Shown: in pieces, positions 9,024-19,678 of the stretch | How the letters are laid out: each line of letters starts with the position of its first letter | How positions within the stretch are numbered: position 1 is the first letter of the stretch | From: an uncultured Spirochaetota bacterium | Lineage (GTDB): Bacteria > Spirochaetota > Brevinematia > Brevinematales > JAOACQ01 | NCBI GenBank assembly: GCA_963835575.1 | Contig: CAWIGG010000002.1 | Coordinates: forward strand, 448,001-512,000 | Direction: 5' to 3' | Length of the DNA: 64,000 nucleotides | Notes under the pieces: generated by a model | Told to the model about the DNA's origin: nothing | Database searches by the model: none | The model's input: the letters and a program-made list of their open reading frames with translations, nothing else | Position numbers and translations under genes: made by a program

Positions 9024-11177
9024 ATGAGATATCCATCGTCATTATTATAACCGCGGCGCTGATGTGCGCGTGCGGGGGAGGGACGCACCCCGCGATGGTG
9101 AAGCAGACAAAAATAGAGAAAAAACAAGGAATTTCTTCCTATGATGACGCTGTTCAGAAAATAGCCAATTATTTTACGACAAAGGAATACACAGGGAAAA
9201 TAAAATATTATACATCAAAGGATTTCAAGGAACCGGAGGAACTGACAAAAGCCATTCAGACAATAAGCATTTCAAATAAGGATTTCAGCTATACAAAGCT
9301 TCTTCAGGATGAAATTCTGGCAAGGAATAAAAACCTTCTTCAAGACAATATCGATCAGAAAAATCTTTAATTTCACAATATGGTACGACCAGAAAGCCGC
9401 AAAGAACGGAGCATCTAAACAGGGAGGTCTGAATCTGACCGAAAGGGAAAACCTGGACAGGATCAATAAAATAGAAAAAAATAGCTATCAAATGGATTAC
9501 TGAGACGAAGTTTCAGGAAAGGAATTGGCTAAAATTAAAACTGAAATCAAAGCGGAAGATTTATACAGGACTAACAATAACTATTTTGTCCGTTACTATT
9601 GGCTGAACGGTATCGGCCTGAAAGACGCCGGTGTGGAATGGAAAACAAACCTTCCTTATATAGGAGATGTGAAGCAGCTCAATAAAGAAGAGATAAAGCA
9701 AAGACTTTACAGCGAGATGTCCTTTATGGCCCTGAAGGATGAGAATGAAATAAAAATGGACACATACAAGGAGGAGACAAAGAAGGTCTATGAGGAAAGG
9801 CTGAAAAGTGTTCAGAGCAATGTCAATAAAATAGAGGAATATGAAAAGCTCGGCGGGCCGCTGATTCCCCAGGGAACGGTGGTTTATAACGACACCGGCA
9901 AAGAGATAAAAGCCAGAATTACATCCTACGCCGACCCGAACTAGATCGGGGTTTATGCGCCATCGGATCAATTCCAGGAGGGGCAGCAGGATTTATACAG
10001 CTATGATGCCAGCGCTTTTTCCAGCATGTCCTTAATATCGAAAAAATATGTCGAATTGGGGACTCCATTGGGCCAGGCCATATTCAACGCGGAAGAAGGT
10101 TATCTTGAATATGCCGTGCTTCTACCCAATATCTACAAGCTGGATCAGAAAGGCAAAGTAATCTACGACACATTGAATAATAAAAATAAGATCAATGAAA
10201 AAATACCGGATTATTTCGGCAACCCTATGCTGGGCATGAACTATGACATTACCCATGACCTGTCGTGGGGGGTGGATGTGGATAGGAATAGATTTAGTAT
10301 ACCGGAAGGAAAAGATCAAGGTGGTGGGACTTATTTTTATTCTACATATAAAAACCTGAATTGGTTGTCTGGTTATAATTACAATACCATAAGAGAGTTA
10401 AGAAACCAAAAGAAATTGGTGGAAATCAAGACATCTTGTTCTTTTAATGTAATCAATGACAAATATTTTTATGGATCATTACAAGTTATAGGTAGTAATG
10501 TATATTTAGGAAATTTATTGTTATACTCTGAAGATAAGTTTAAAAAGTATCCGGTTTATACTTATATAACTACGATTGATTCTTTATTATGGTCGAATAC
10601 AAATAATTGGATTTATTACAAGCCTCAAAATAAAATGCAATTATTTCAGGAAAAAGAAACAGTGTATAAAGGCATTCCTTCTTATTTTTCTACACCATAT
10701 GCTTATGACTGGAGCTTTAATCCGGATAAAGAAGAAAATCTCTGGATTGATATTTACCCAATTCAAAATGATAAAGCTATTAAAAGAATTTTTGTAAAAG
10801 ATATAAAAATCAGAGAAAAAATAAAAGAATTTATTGAAAAAACAAAGTCAAAAAGGAAGCTTGATAAGGTACCGGAAGTTACTTCTATCAGATTTATCAG
10901 CGATGATATAAATGGCTTGATTTATTTTGATGTAAAATTGGATTTGGAATATTATGATTTTGCACCATTGGTTATGGCTATTGATAGAGATGGAAATTTA
11001 AAATTGTTAGCAAGACTCTGGAACGCGGCAGGAGATGTAAAAGCCATAAAAGAAACCGCCAGGATGGGCTCGGGTTTTTATGATTACCGGGCGGTTTTAA
11101 CGACGAATGGGGATATATTTACAATCTGGAATGGGTCGAAGGGCATCGGCATAGGCAAATTAGAGATGGGAAAATAG
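9024..11177 (+). pseudogene. Large lipoprotein-like gene (~715 codons), broken by two frameshifts and two in-frame stops
   Basis: AGGAG RBS with ATG 9024; lipobox-like IIITAALMCAC; ORFs 9309, 9525 and 10026 share a frame and are separated only by TGA 9501-9503 and TAG 9942-9944. Confidence 0.7.
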
Positions 11178-11456
11178 GGGTTTACCCATAATTCCTCCGT
11201 TACCAGCATACTGCTCCAAAACTCAGCCATGCGTCGAATGAACTCTTTAAAACATCAATATGATTAATAGTTCTTTATGCTCAGGTTTACAGACATTTAT
11301 AGTAATAATACGTTAGGGAATAACCACAGGAATCACAGAACACTGAGAACACGGAGATACTTAATATAAATTAACTTTTTTTAATTTATAAAGATTCCTC
11401 TGTGTTCACTTCGGCTAACGCTCAGTGTATCGCTCCGTGATCGGAGTTTATCTTGA

Positions 11457-11510
11457 CCCCTCACCACTTTGTTAGCTTTTTTTAGTGTAGCCCAACAAAG
11501 TGGTGAGGGG
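11457..11510. repeat. 54-bp palindromic element (17-bp stem)
   Basis: CCCCTCACCACTTTGTT...AACAAAGTGGTGAGGGG; homologue at 28973-29024. Confidence 0.75.
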
Positions 11511-11668
11511 CGAAGGATGTTAAAAATTTGCTTTTGGGATAATCCCATATTTAAAATTTATAATATACACCGATGCCGATATCCGTAATATCTTTCGTTT
11601 TCTTGTTAAATTAGCAGTTTTCCTATAAAATCTATTCTTTAAAATTTAATGCATACCGGAGGTTTTAG

Positions 11669-12772
11669 ATGCGGATAGTGCTGGATGCCAGAATGGCCGG
11701 AATGTCGGGAATCGGAAGATATATTGAATCCATTATTCCAATAATAAAAAAAAGTCATGAGCTTATCATGATAGGGAATAAAAATGACCTGGATAAATAT
11801 GGAGTGGAAATCATTTCATCCAATGCGAAGCCTTATTCCCCGGCCGAACAATTGGATCTGCCGTTAAAAATCCCGCAGACAGATCTCTTCTGGACCCCGC
11901 ATTTTAACGCGCCGTTTATGCCGGTTAAAGCCGGAAAAAGGGCCGTGACAATCCATGATGTTTTTCATCTGACAAGGTCGGCCCCATATGGGGTCGTAAA
12001 AAGAATGTATGCCCGGTCTCTCTATGCAAACGCCGTTAAAAAATCGGATATTATCTTTACCATATCTGAATTCACAAAGAGCGAGATCCTCCGTTCTTTC
12101 CCGTTTATTGAAAAGCATCAGGATAAGATTAAAGTGATATACCGGTATCCCGATCAGATGTTTGATAGGATTGAAGAAAGCGATAAAAAAGCGAAGACTT
12201 TTTTAAAGAAAGCCGGAATTCCGGAGAACTATATTCTTTATGTCGGAAATATCAAGCCGCATAAAAATATTGAAGGTCTTTTAAGGGCATTCAGCCTGGC
12301 GTCAGGCAAAGTCCCCGGATATAATCTAGTCTGTGTCGGTCAGAAGGACAAATTTTTAACAGGTTTCAATCAAAGAGAAGACCTCATAGAATCGCTTCTT
12401 ATTAAGAAAAAAGTGTTTTTTACAGGAATTATTAACGATGAGGAGCTTGTTCAGCTCTATAATCACGCCCGGCTCTTGATACTGCCGTCTTTTTACGAGG
12501 GATTCGGCCTGCCGCCTCTTGAGGCCATGGCATGCGGCTGTCCGGTGATTGTTTCAGATATCCCTCCGCTTAAGGAAGTTTGCGGCGAAGCCGCCTTTTT
12601 TATTACTCCTTCATCGGTGGAGAGCATTATGAACGGCTTGATCATCATGATAAAGGATGAAAAACTCCGCTCAAAACTGATAGAAAAAGGTTATAAACAG
12701 GCCGCGCGTTTTAAGAAAGAGAAGATAGAAGCGGCATATTCGCGCGAGCTTAAAAAAGTACTGGCCGGATAG
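11669..12772 (+). CDS. Glycosyltransferase family 4
   Basis: VTIHD, YVGNIKPHKN, PSFYEGFGLPPLEAMACG. Confidence 0.93.
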   Translation: MRIVLDARMAGMSGIGRYIESIIPIIKKSHELIMIGNKNDLDKYGVEIISSNAKPYSPAEQLDLPLKIPQTDLFWTPHFNAPFMPVKAGKRAVTIHDVFHLTRSAPYGVVKRMYARSLYANAVKKSDIIFTISEFTKSEILRSFPFIEKHQDKIKVIYRYPDQMFDRIEESDKKAKTFLKKAGIPENYILYVGNIKPHKNIEGLLRAFSLASGKVPGYNLVCVGQKDKFLTGFNQREDLIESLLIKKKVFFTGIINDEELVQLYNHARLLILPSFYEGFGLPPLEAMACGCPVIVSDIPPLKEVCGEAAFFITPSSVESIMNGLIIMIKDEKLRSKLIEKGYKQAARFKKEKIEAAYSRELKKVLAG

Positions 12773-12835
12773 TATGAATGCGTTTTTTATTAAAATCTAA
12801 ATTGAACGATATACTTTTAATAGTATATATAATTG

Positions 12836-12874
12836 CGCTTTTCCACCCCGCGCGAAGCGCGGGGTGGAAAAGCG
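12836..12874. repeat. Perfect 18-bp-stem palindrome with GAA loop
   Basis: CGCTTTTCCACCCCGCGC-GAA-GCGCGGGGTGGAAAAGCG. Confidence 0.85.
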
Positions 12875-12940
12875 ATTATTATTTGTCATTATTAAAAAAT
12901 TGTTCGATTTAAGTATAAAACATTTCTTTTAGGAGAGCAA

Positions 12941-14179
12941 ATGCAGGCGCTCATTTTAGCGGGCGGATTCGGGACAAGGCTTTCCCATATTGTGAAGGAT
13001 TTACCGAAGCCGATGGCGCCCATTCAAAATAAGCCTTTTCTGGAAATCCTGATCTCATATTTAAAAAAACAGGGAATCAATGATATTATTTTGTTAACTG
13101 GTTATAAAAGCGAAAGTATCGAGGCGTACTTCCAGGAGGGTAAAAAATCCGGTCTTTCTGTACGCTATTCGATTGAGAAGGAGCCGCTGGGAACCGGCGG
13201 CGCAGTCAAAAAGGCGGCTCTCACAATGGTCCAGGATGAGGATTTTCTCCTGATCAACGGCGATACTTATTTTGATGTGGACTGTAAATACCTCATGGAT
13301 TTTCATAAAAGAAACGCCGCGCTTCTGACTATTGCCCTGAAATATAAAGAGGATGTCAAGCGGTACGGTTCTGTCAGGCTTGAGGACGGCCGGATTATGG
13401 AATTTATCGAAAAAAGCGATTGTCTTGAGGACGGCTTGATCAACGGCGGCGTTTCTGTTTTGAGTAAAAAAGCGCTTCAATATTTTAAAAAGGATGGATT
13501 TCTTTCCATAGAAAAAGAAGTGATGCCTCTTCTCCTCGATGAAGGAAAGGTTTACGGCGTTCCCTTCGGCGGGAAATTCATCGATATCGGCGTGCCCAGG
13601 GATTATTACCGCGCCGGTAAAGAAATCCCGGGATGGCTTAAAAAGCCCAAAATTAAAGCGGCTTTCCTCGACAGGGACGGCGTTCTGAATGTGGATGAAG
13701 GTTATACTCATAAAGCGGAGGATTTGCGCCTAGTGGACGGCGTGATTCCTTTCTTAAAAGATTTGAGGAAAATGGGTTTTAAGTTTATTATAATTACGAA
13801 CCAGGCGGGGATCGGCAAGGGGTTGTTTAAAAATGAAGACTATGACCATTTTCAAGAAACATTATTAAAAAAACTGAGCCGGGAAGGGATAGAGATCATA
13901 GACAGTTTTTACAGCCCGTATCACCCCGAAGCGGTCCTTGAGGAATATAAAAAGGAGAGCCTGTTAAGAAAACCCGGGCCGGGGATGGTTCTTCTTGCCG
14001 CCGATAAGCATCATATCGACCTGAACCGGAGCATCATGATCGGCGACAGGGACAGCGACCGCATCAGGCTCCCTTATTTAAGGTCCTTTATTTTAAAAAG
14101 CAGGTACGGGAGCAATCCTGAATTCAAGACATATGCGGATTTCAACGAAATTACGGAGGCTCTGAAAAATGGGAAATGA
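12941..14179 (+). CDS. Fused heptose-1-P guanylyltransferase (HddC-like) and heptose-1,7-bisphosphate phosphatase (GmhB-like)
   Basis: LAGGFGTRL...PKPM nucleotidyltransferase N-term; FLDRDGVLN, TNQAG, RKP, MIGD HAD-IIIA C-term. Confidence 0.88.
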   Translation: MQALILAGGFGTRLSHIVKDLPKPMAPIQNKPFLEILISYLKKQGINDIILLTGYKSESIEAYFQEGKKSGLSVRYSIEKEPLGTGGAVKKAALTMVQDEDFLLINGDTYFDVDCKYLMDFHKRNAALLTIALKYKEDVKRYGSVRLEDGRIMEFIEKSDCLEDGLINGGVSVLSKKALQYFKKDGFLSIEKEVMPLLLDEGKVYGVPFGGKFIDIGVPRDYYRAGKEIPGWLKKPKIKAAFLDRDGVLNVDEGYTHKAEDLRLVDGVIPFLKDLRKMGFKFIIITNQAGIGKGLFKNEDYDHFQETLLKKLSREGIEIIDSFYSPYHPEAVLEEYKKESLLRKPGPGMVLLAADKHHIDLNRSIMIGDRDSDRIRLPYLRSFILKSRYGSNPEFKTYADFNEITEALKNGK

Positions 14180-15203
14180 AATTGTCAGAAGTAAAGCTCC
14201 TCTCCGCCTTGGACTGGCAGGCGGAGGAACAGATGTTTCCCCTTATTCGGAATTGTACGGCGGGGCGGTCCTGAACGCGACGATCGATATGAGCACTTAT
14301 ACAACTCTGGAAGTATTAAGCAGGCCCGTTATCATAATGGAAGCCCTGGAAAGGAATGAAAGCTGTGAATATCCTTTAACGGACGCTCTTCCTCTGGACG
14401 GCGAACTTCTGCTTCATAAGGGAATATATAACCGTGTCATAAAGGAATTTAATAATGGAAAGCCCATTCCCGTCAGAATAACGACCCATTCAGACGCGCC
14501 GGCCGGTTCAGGCCTGGGCACGTCTTCCGCCCTGGTTGTTTCGATTTTATCCGCTTTTCAGGAGCTGTTGAGCCTTCCACTCGGGGAATATGAGCTCGCG
14601 CATCTGGCTTATGAAATTGAGAGGATTGACCTGAATATGGCAGGCGGCAAACAGGACCAGTACGCGGCGACGTTTGGCGGCTTTAATTTTATTGAATTTT
14701 ACAAGGAAGATAAAGTGATTGTCAATCCTCTGCGTATAAAGAAAAAGTTCATCAATGAACTGCAGTACAATCTCTTCCTTTATTTTACGGGAACAAGCCG
14801 CCTTTCTGCCGAGATCATAAAAAAACAGGTGGAGAATGTGCAGAGCGGGAAGAAAAAATCGATCGACGCCATGCATAAGCTTAAAGAGCAGGCTGTGATG
14901 ATGAAAGAGGCCCTGCTTAAAGGCGAAGTAAATAAGATAGGGGAAATTTTGAACTACGGCTGGCAGTATAAGAAGGAGATGACAGGTAATATATCCAACT
15001 CCGTGATAGATTCCATTTATGATACGGCATTAAAATGCGGCGCAATCGGCGGAAAGGTTACAGGCGCCGGCGGCGGCGGTTTTTTGATGATCTACTGCGA
15101 CGGATTAAAGCGGTATGATATCCGGAAAGGCCTGGAAAAATTCGGCGGCAGTTTTGTCGATTTTCATTTCAGCGAGCAGGGCGCCGAGGCATGGAGACTT
15201 TGA
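14169..15203 (+). CDS. hddA: D-glycero-alpha-D-manno-heptose 7-phosphate kinase (GHMP)
   Basis: RSKAPLRLGLAGGGTD, PAGSGLGTSS, GGKQDQYAA.FGG, GAGGGGF. Confidence 0.9.
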   Translation: MGNEIVRSKAPLRLGLAGGGTDVSPYSELYGGAVLNATIDMSTYTTLEVLSRPVIIMEALERNESCEYPLTDALPLDGELLLHKGIYNRVIKEFNNGKPIPVRITTHSDAPAGSGLGTSSALVVSILSAFQELLSLPLGEYELAHLAYEIERIDLNMAGGKQDQYAATFGGFNFIEFYKEDKVIVNPLRIKKKFINELQYNLFLYFTGTSRLSAEIIKKQVENVQSGKKKSIDAMHKLKEQAVMMKEALLKGEVNKIGEILNYGWQYKKEMTGNISNSVIDSIYDTALKCGAIGGKVTGAGGGGFLMIYCDGLKRYDIRKGLEKFGGSFVDFHFSEQGAEAWRL

Positions 15204-15293
15204 TAGCTATTAGCTATTAGCTATTAGCTATTAGCTTTTAGCTATTAGCCCGAAGCCAGAAGCTAGAAGCTAAAGGCTAAAGGCTAATAGCTG
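15204..15293. repeat. Heptamer tandem repeat (TAGCTAT)n followed by its degenerate inverse
   Basis: About 6 TAGCTAT units, then about 6 GCTA(G/A)A(A/G)-type units. Confidence 0.9.
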
Positions 15294-15384
15294 ATCCGGT
15301 GATATTCTTGCGATAAAAATCAATGTAAACTAGAATAGGTTAATATTAAGCAGGGTTAAAGCCCTTATTGTTTGATAAGAAGTT

Positions 15385-16416
15385 ATGGAAAATAGAATAT
15401 ATAAAAAAAGTTTTTATCTTCTCGCGCTTCTGCTGATACCCGCTTTACTCTCCGGCTGGCGGAGCTATTCCCGTTATTTTGCGGGGAGCGACGCCGACGG
15501 GATAGGGGGAGCGGCGGTAGCCGACGCCTCGTCGGAAACAGCCGTTTATTATAACCCTGCCGGACTGGTTCAGACGCAGTCAATGAAATCCAACCAGAAT
15601 TTCTTTTTTATGTATGAAGTTTCCACAAGCCTCTTTATCTCCGACTTGTTTGCCTGGGATGTGACCGCCAAATTCGACACTTTCCCGTTTTTTGCCGTTG
15701 CCTATAACGGATGGGATTTAAAAGCGGGCCTTTCAATCAATACATTATTTTATTCACAGAATAAAGAGAACGATTTTACTTTACACACTGCCCATCTTAC
15801 ATTCGCTTTTCCAATCGGTGATTCTCTATCTATCGGATTCGGCGGAGGCCCCGCTTTTGCTCTGGAGAGATCGGGGGTGGGTTATTCCTATGACTACACG
15901 GCCGGTATTTTATGGAAATTACTGCCGGAATTGAAAATCGGGGCCTGTTTTCATTCGCCTATTTCAATTGCCTGGTCATCAACAGAGGTCGGCAAAAGCC
16001 TTTCGGAAACATTCCCCTCAATTACCGAGCTTGGGCTGGCTTATAATATGAGCGGAACGTCCGTATACTTTTTCAGTCTTGATTATACCGATGTGGATTC
16101 AATCCGCTATATTCTGGATGGGAGTGATTATTCTCCGGCAATAGGGAATAACTTTATGGCCAGGCTCCATCTGCATACCGGTTTCCGCTTTCTTGAGGAG
16201 AATACCGGAGCGCATATTTCGGCCGGTTTTATGACAGGCAGTTTTAATTATGATAAAGGGAGCATCAACCAGTATCTTTTGACTTTAGGGGTCCGCGCCT
16301 ACGGCGAAGATATGGTATTCAGGGCCTCGCTTATCGATGCTCTTATTCTTGGTTTATTTTTTTCAGGGAATGTGCCGGATGAGCAGATTAATTTAAGCTT
16401 TGACTTTAATTTTTGA
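15385..16416 (+). CDS. Outer-membrane beta-barrel protein (FadL/PorV-like)
   Basis: Signal peptide; G.A.VA....AVYYNPAGL motif; C-terminal Phe. Confidence 0.7.
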   Translation: MENRIYKKSFYLLALLLIPALLSGWRSYSRYFAGSDADGIGGAAVADASSETAVYYNPAGLVQTQSMKSNQNFFFMYEVSTSLFISDLFAWDVTAKFDTFPFFAVAYNGWDLKAGLSINTLFYSQNKENDFTLHTAHLTFAFPIGDSLSIGFGGGPAFALERSGVGYSYDYTAGILWKLLPELKIGACFHSPISIAWSSTEVGKSLSETFPSITELGLAYNMSGTSVYFFSLDYTDVDSIRYILDGSDYSPAIGNNFMARLHLHTGFRFLEENTGAHISAGFMTGSFNYDKGSINQYLLTLGVRAYGEDMVFRASLIDALILGLFFSGNVPDEQINLSFDFNF

Positions 16417-16488
16417 ATTTTTCATGCAAAGCTTGTATTGTCCCTCGACCCGGCTCGGGAACCAAGCTTGCCGAATGTGATGCCCCCG

Positions 16489-16517
16489 TTGACAGAAATC
16501 CGGGTTTTTAATATACT
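16489..16517 (+). promoter_or_regulatory. Sigma70 promoter
   Basis: TTGACA-17 bp-TATACT. Confidence 0.7.
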
Positions 16518-16531
16518 TTTCAAGACCAGAA

Positions 16532-18478
16532 ATGAAAATAATTTCTAAGGATCATAAAATGAAATTGTTTGTTCCGGGAAGAATCTGTCTCTTCGGCGAG
16601 CATAGCGACTGGGCCGGAGGTTATAGAAGAATCAATGCGGAAATTGAAAAGGGATTTGCGGTTATATCCGGAACAAATCAGGGTTTATACGCGGAAATAA
16701 AACCGCATCCTAATAAGCTGATATTCCATTCAACCCGGAATGACGGCACGGCGGAAACATTCGAATGCCCGATGAAACGGGAAGACCTTCTCAGGGAAGC
16801 GGAAAAAGGGGGATATTTCAGCTATTCCGCGGGTGTCGCTTTTCAGATTCTCACTCATTACCGGGTCCATGGGCTCGAAATCGAAAATTACAAAACAGAC
16901 CTCCCAATCAAAAAAGGCCTTTCTTCGAGCGCGGCCGTCTGCGTACTGGTCGCAAGGGCTTTTAACCGTATCTACGATTTAAAAATGACTGTACGCGGAG
17001 AAATGGAATTCGCCTACCTGGGGGAAATCACCACACCCTCCCGGTGCGGAAGGCTCGATCAGGGCTGCGCTTACGGGACCCGGCCGATTATGCTGACCTT
17101 TGACGGCGACCGGATTGATGTTGCCGAGCTCAACGCCGGCAAAGACCTTCATTTTGTGATCGTGGATTTGCATGCATCCAAAGATACCAAAGAAATCCTG
17201 TCCAAACTGAATCATTGTTTTCCTTTTGCCGAAAATGATATCCAGAAAGGCGTTCAGAACTATCTCGGCCCGATTAACCGCCGGATTGTCCATGAAGCGG
17301 CTGAAGCGCTCAGGGAAGGCAATGCGGAAAAAATCGGAAGTTTGATGCGGAGTGCCCAGGAACAGTTTGATCAATACTGTATTCCGGCCTGCCCATCCCA
17401 GCTTGAGGCGCCGGTACTGCATAAAATATTAAATTATCCTCCCATCCAGAAATATATTTTCGGCGGAAAAGGCGTCGGCTCACAGGGAGACGGAACGGTC
17501 CAGTTCATTGTCAAAGACGCCGATGCCCAGGATCAAGTCGTATCCATTCTGGAAAATGACCTGAAGCTTTCCGCTTTAAAACTCACTTTACCGTCCGTCA
17601 GGGGGATCAGAAAGGCTGTCATTCCGGCGGCGGGATTCGGTACCAGGCTTTTCCCGGCTACAAAAGCCATAAAAAAAGAGCTTTTTCCGGTTATTGACAA
17701 GACCGGCCGCATCAAACCGGCAATTATGGCTATCGTGGAAGAAGCGTTATCCGCGGGAATAGAAGAAATCTGCATCATTATTCAGGCCGGAGACAGAGCG
17801 GTATTCGAAAATTTCTTCCGGAATCCGCCCCCGATCGAGCATTTCAATAAGCTTTCCAGGGAAGACCAGCAATACTGTGATTTTCTTCTCGAAATCGGCC
17901 ACCGGATTACCTTTATTGAACAGCAGGTCCAGGAAGGATTCGGGCATTCGGTTTTCTGTGCGCGTGAATGGGTAAACAATGAAACTTTTCTGCTGCTCCT
18001 GGGTGATCATCTGTATTCTTCCGGCAGTGAAGAATCCTGCGCAAAGCAGATGCTTACCGCCTTTGAAAAATATGGAAAAAGCGTTGTCGGGCTCATGACG
18101 GCCCGCCTGGATGAGGTTAAGAATTTCGGCTGTATTACCGGAAATTGGGAAATAGAAAACAGTGTTTTAAACATTACCGAATTTTATGAAAAGCCTTCCG
18201 AGGAATACGCGCGGGAATATCTGTATATTCCCGGCATGCCTGAAGATACCTATTTGACTGTTTTCGGACAATATGTTTTATCATCTAAAATATTCGAGTT
18301 TCTGGAAGAGCATATCAGTCACAATATCAGGGAAAAAGGCGAATTCCAGCTGACTTCATGTCTGGATGAACTGCGCCGGCAGGAAGGTTTTGTCGGCCAG
18401 GTTATTAAAGGCAAACGCTTCGATATCGGGATTCCGGAGTCGTACCGGGAAACCCTGAACCAATTCCGGAATAGCTGA
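16532..18478 (+). CDS. GHMP (galactokinase-like) kinase fused to GalU-like sugar-1-P nucleotidyltransferase
   Basis: PGRICLFGEHSD, PIKKGLSSSA; KAVIPAAGFGTRLFPATKAIKKE, EFQLT. Confidence 0.88.
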   Translation: MKIISKDHKMKLFVPGRICLFGEHSDWAGGYRRINAEIEKGFAVISGTNQGLYAEIKPHPNKLIFHSTRNDGTAETFECPMKREDLLREAEKGGYFSYSAGVAFQILTHYRVHGLEIENYKTDLPIKKGLSSSAAVCVLVARAFNRIYDLKMTVRGEMEFAYLGEITTPSRCGRLDQGCAYGTRPIMLTFDGDRIDVAELNAGKDLHFVIVDLHASKDTKEILSKLNHCFPFAENDIQKGVQNYLGPINRRIVHEAAEALREGNAEKIGSLMRSAQEQFDQYCIPACPSQLEAPVLHKILNYPPIQKYIFGGKGVGSQGDGTVQFIVKDADAQDQVVSILENDLKLSALKLTLPSVRGIRKAVIPAAGFGTRLFPATKAIKKELFPVIDKTGRIKPAIMAIVEEALSAGIEEICIIIQAGDRAVFENFFRNPPPIEHFNKLSREDQQYCDFLLEIGHRITFIEQQVQEGFGHSVFCAREWVNNETFLLLLGDHLYSSGSEESCAKQMLTAFEKYGKSVVGLMTARLDEVKNFGCITGNWEIENSVLNITEFYEKPSEEYAREYLYIPGMPEDTYLTVFGQYVLSSKIFEFLEEHISHNIREKGEFQLTSCLDELRRQEGFVGQVIKGKRFDIGIPESYRETLNQFRNS

Positions 18479-18555
18479 TCTTTCGCCATTTCAGCAGAGG
18501 CATTTCTTTCCGATCCGTCATCAATGTATTGAATTTATAAAAATAGAAAAAACTC

Positions 18556-19652
<1,097 letters not shown>

Positions 19653-19678
19653 TTTAATATTCCTGTCTTTTGAGTGTC

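Noticed and set aside
9501..9944. Selenocysteine, pyrrolysine or stop-codon recoding at the in-frame TGA and TAG
   Set aside because: The same gene also has frameshifts, and TGA and TAG terminate ordinary genes in this window; pseudogene decay is simpler.
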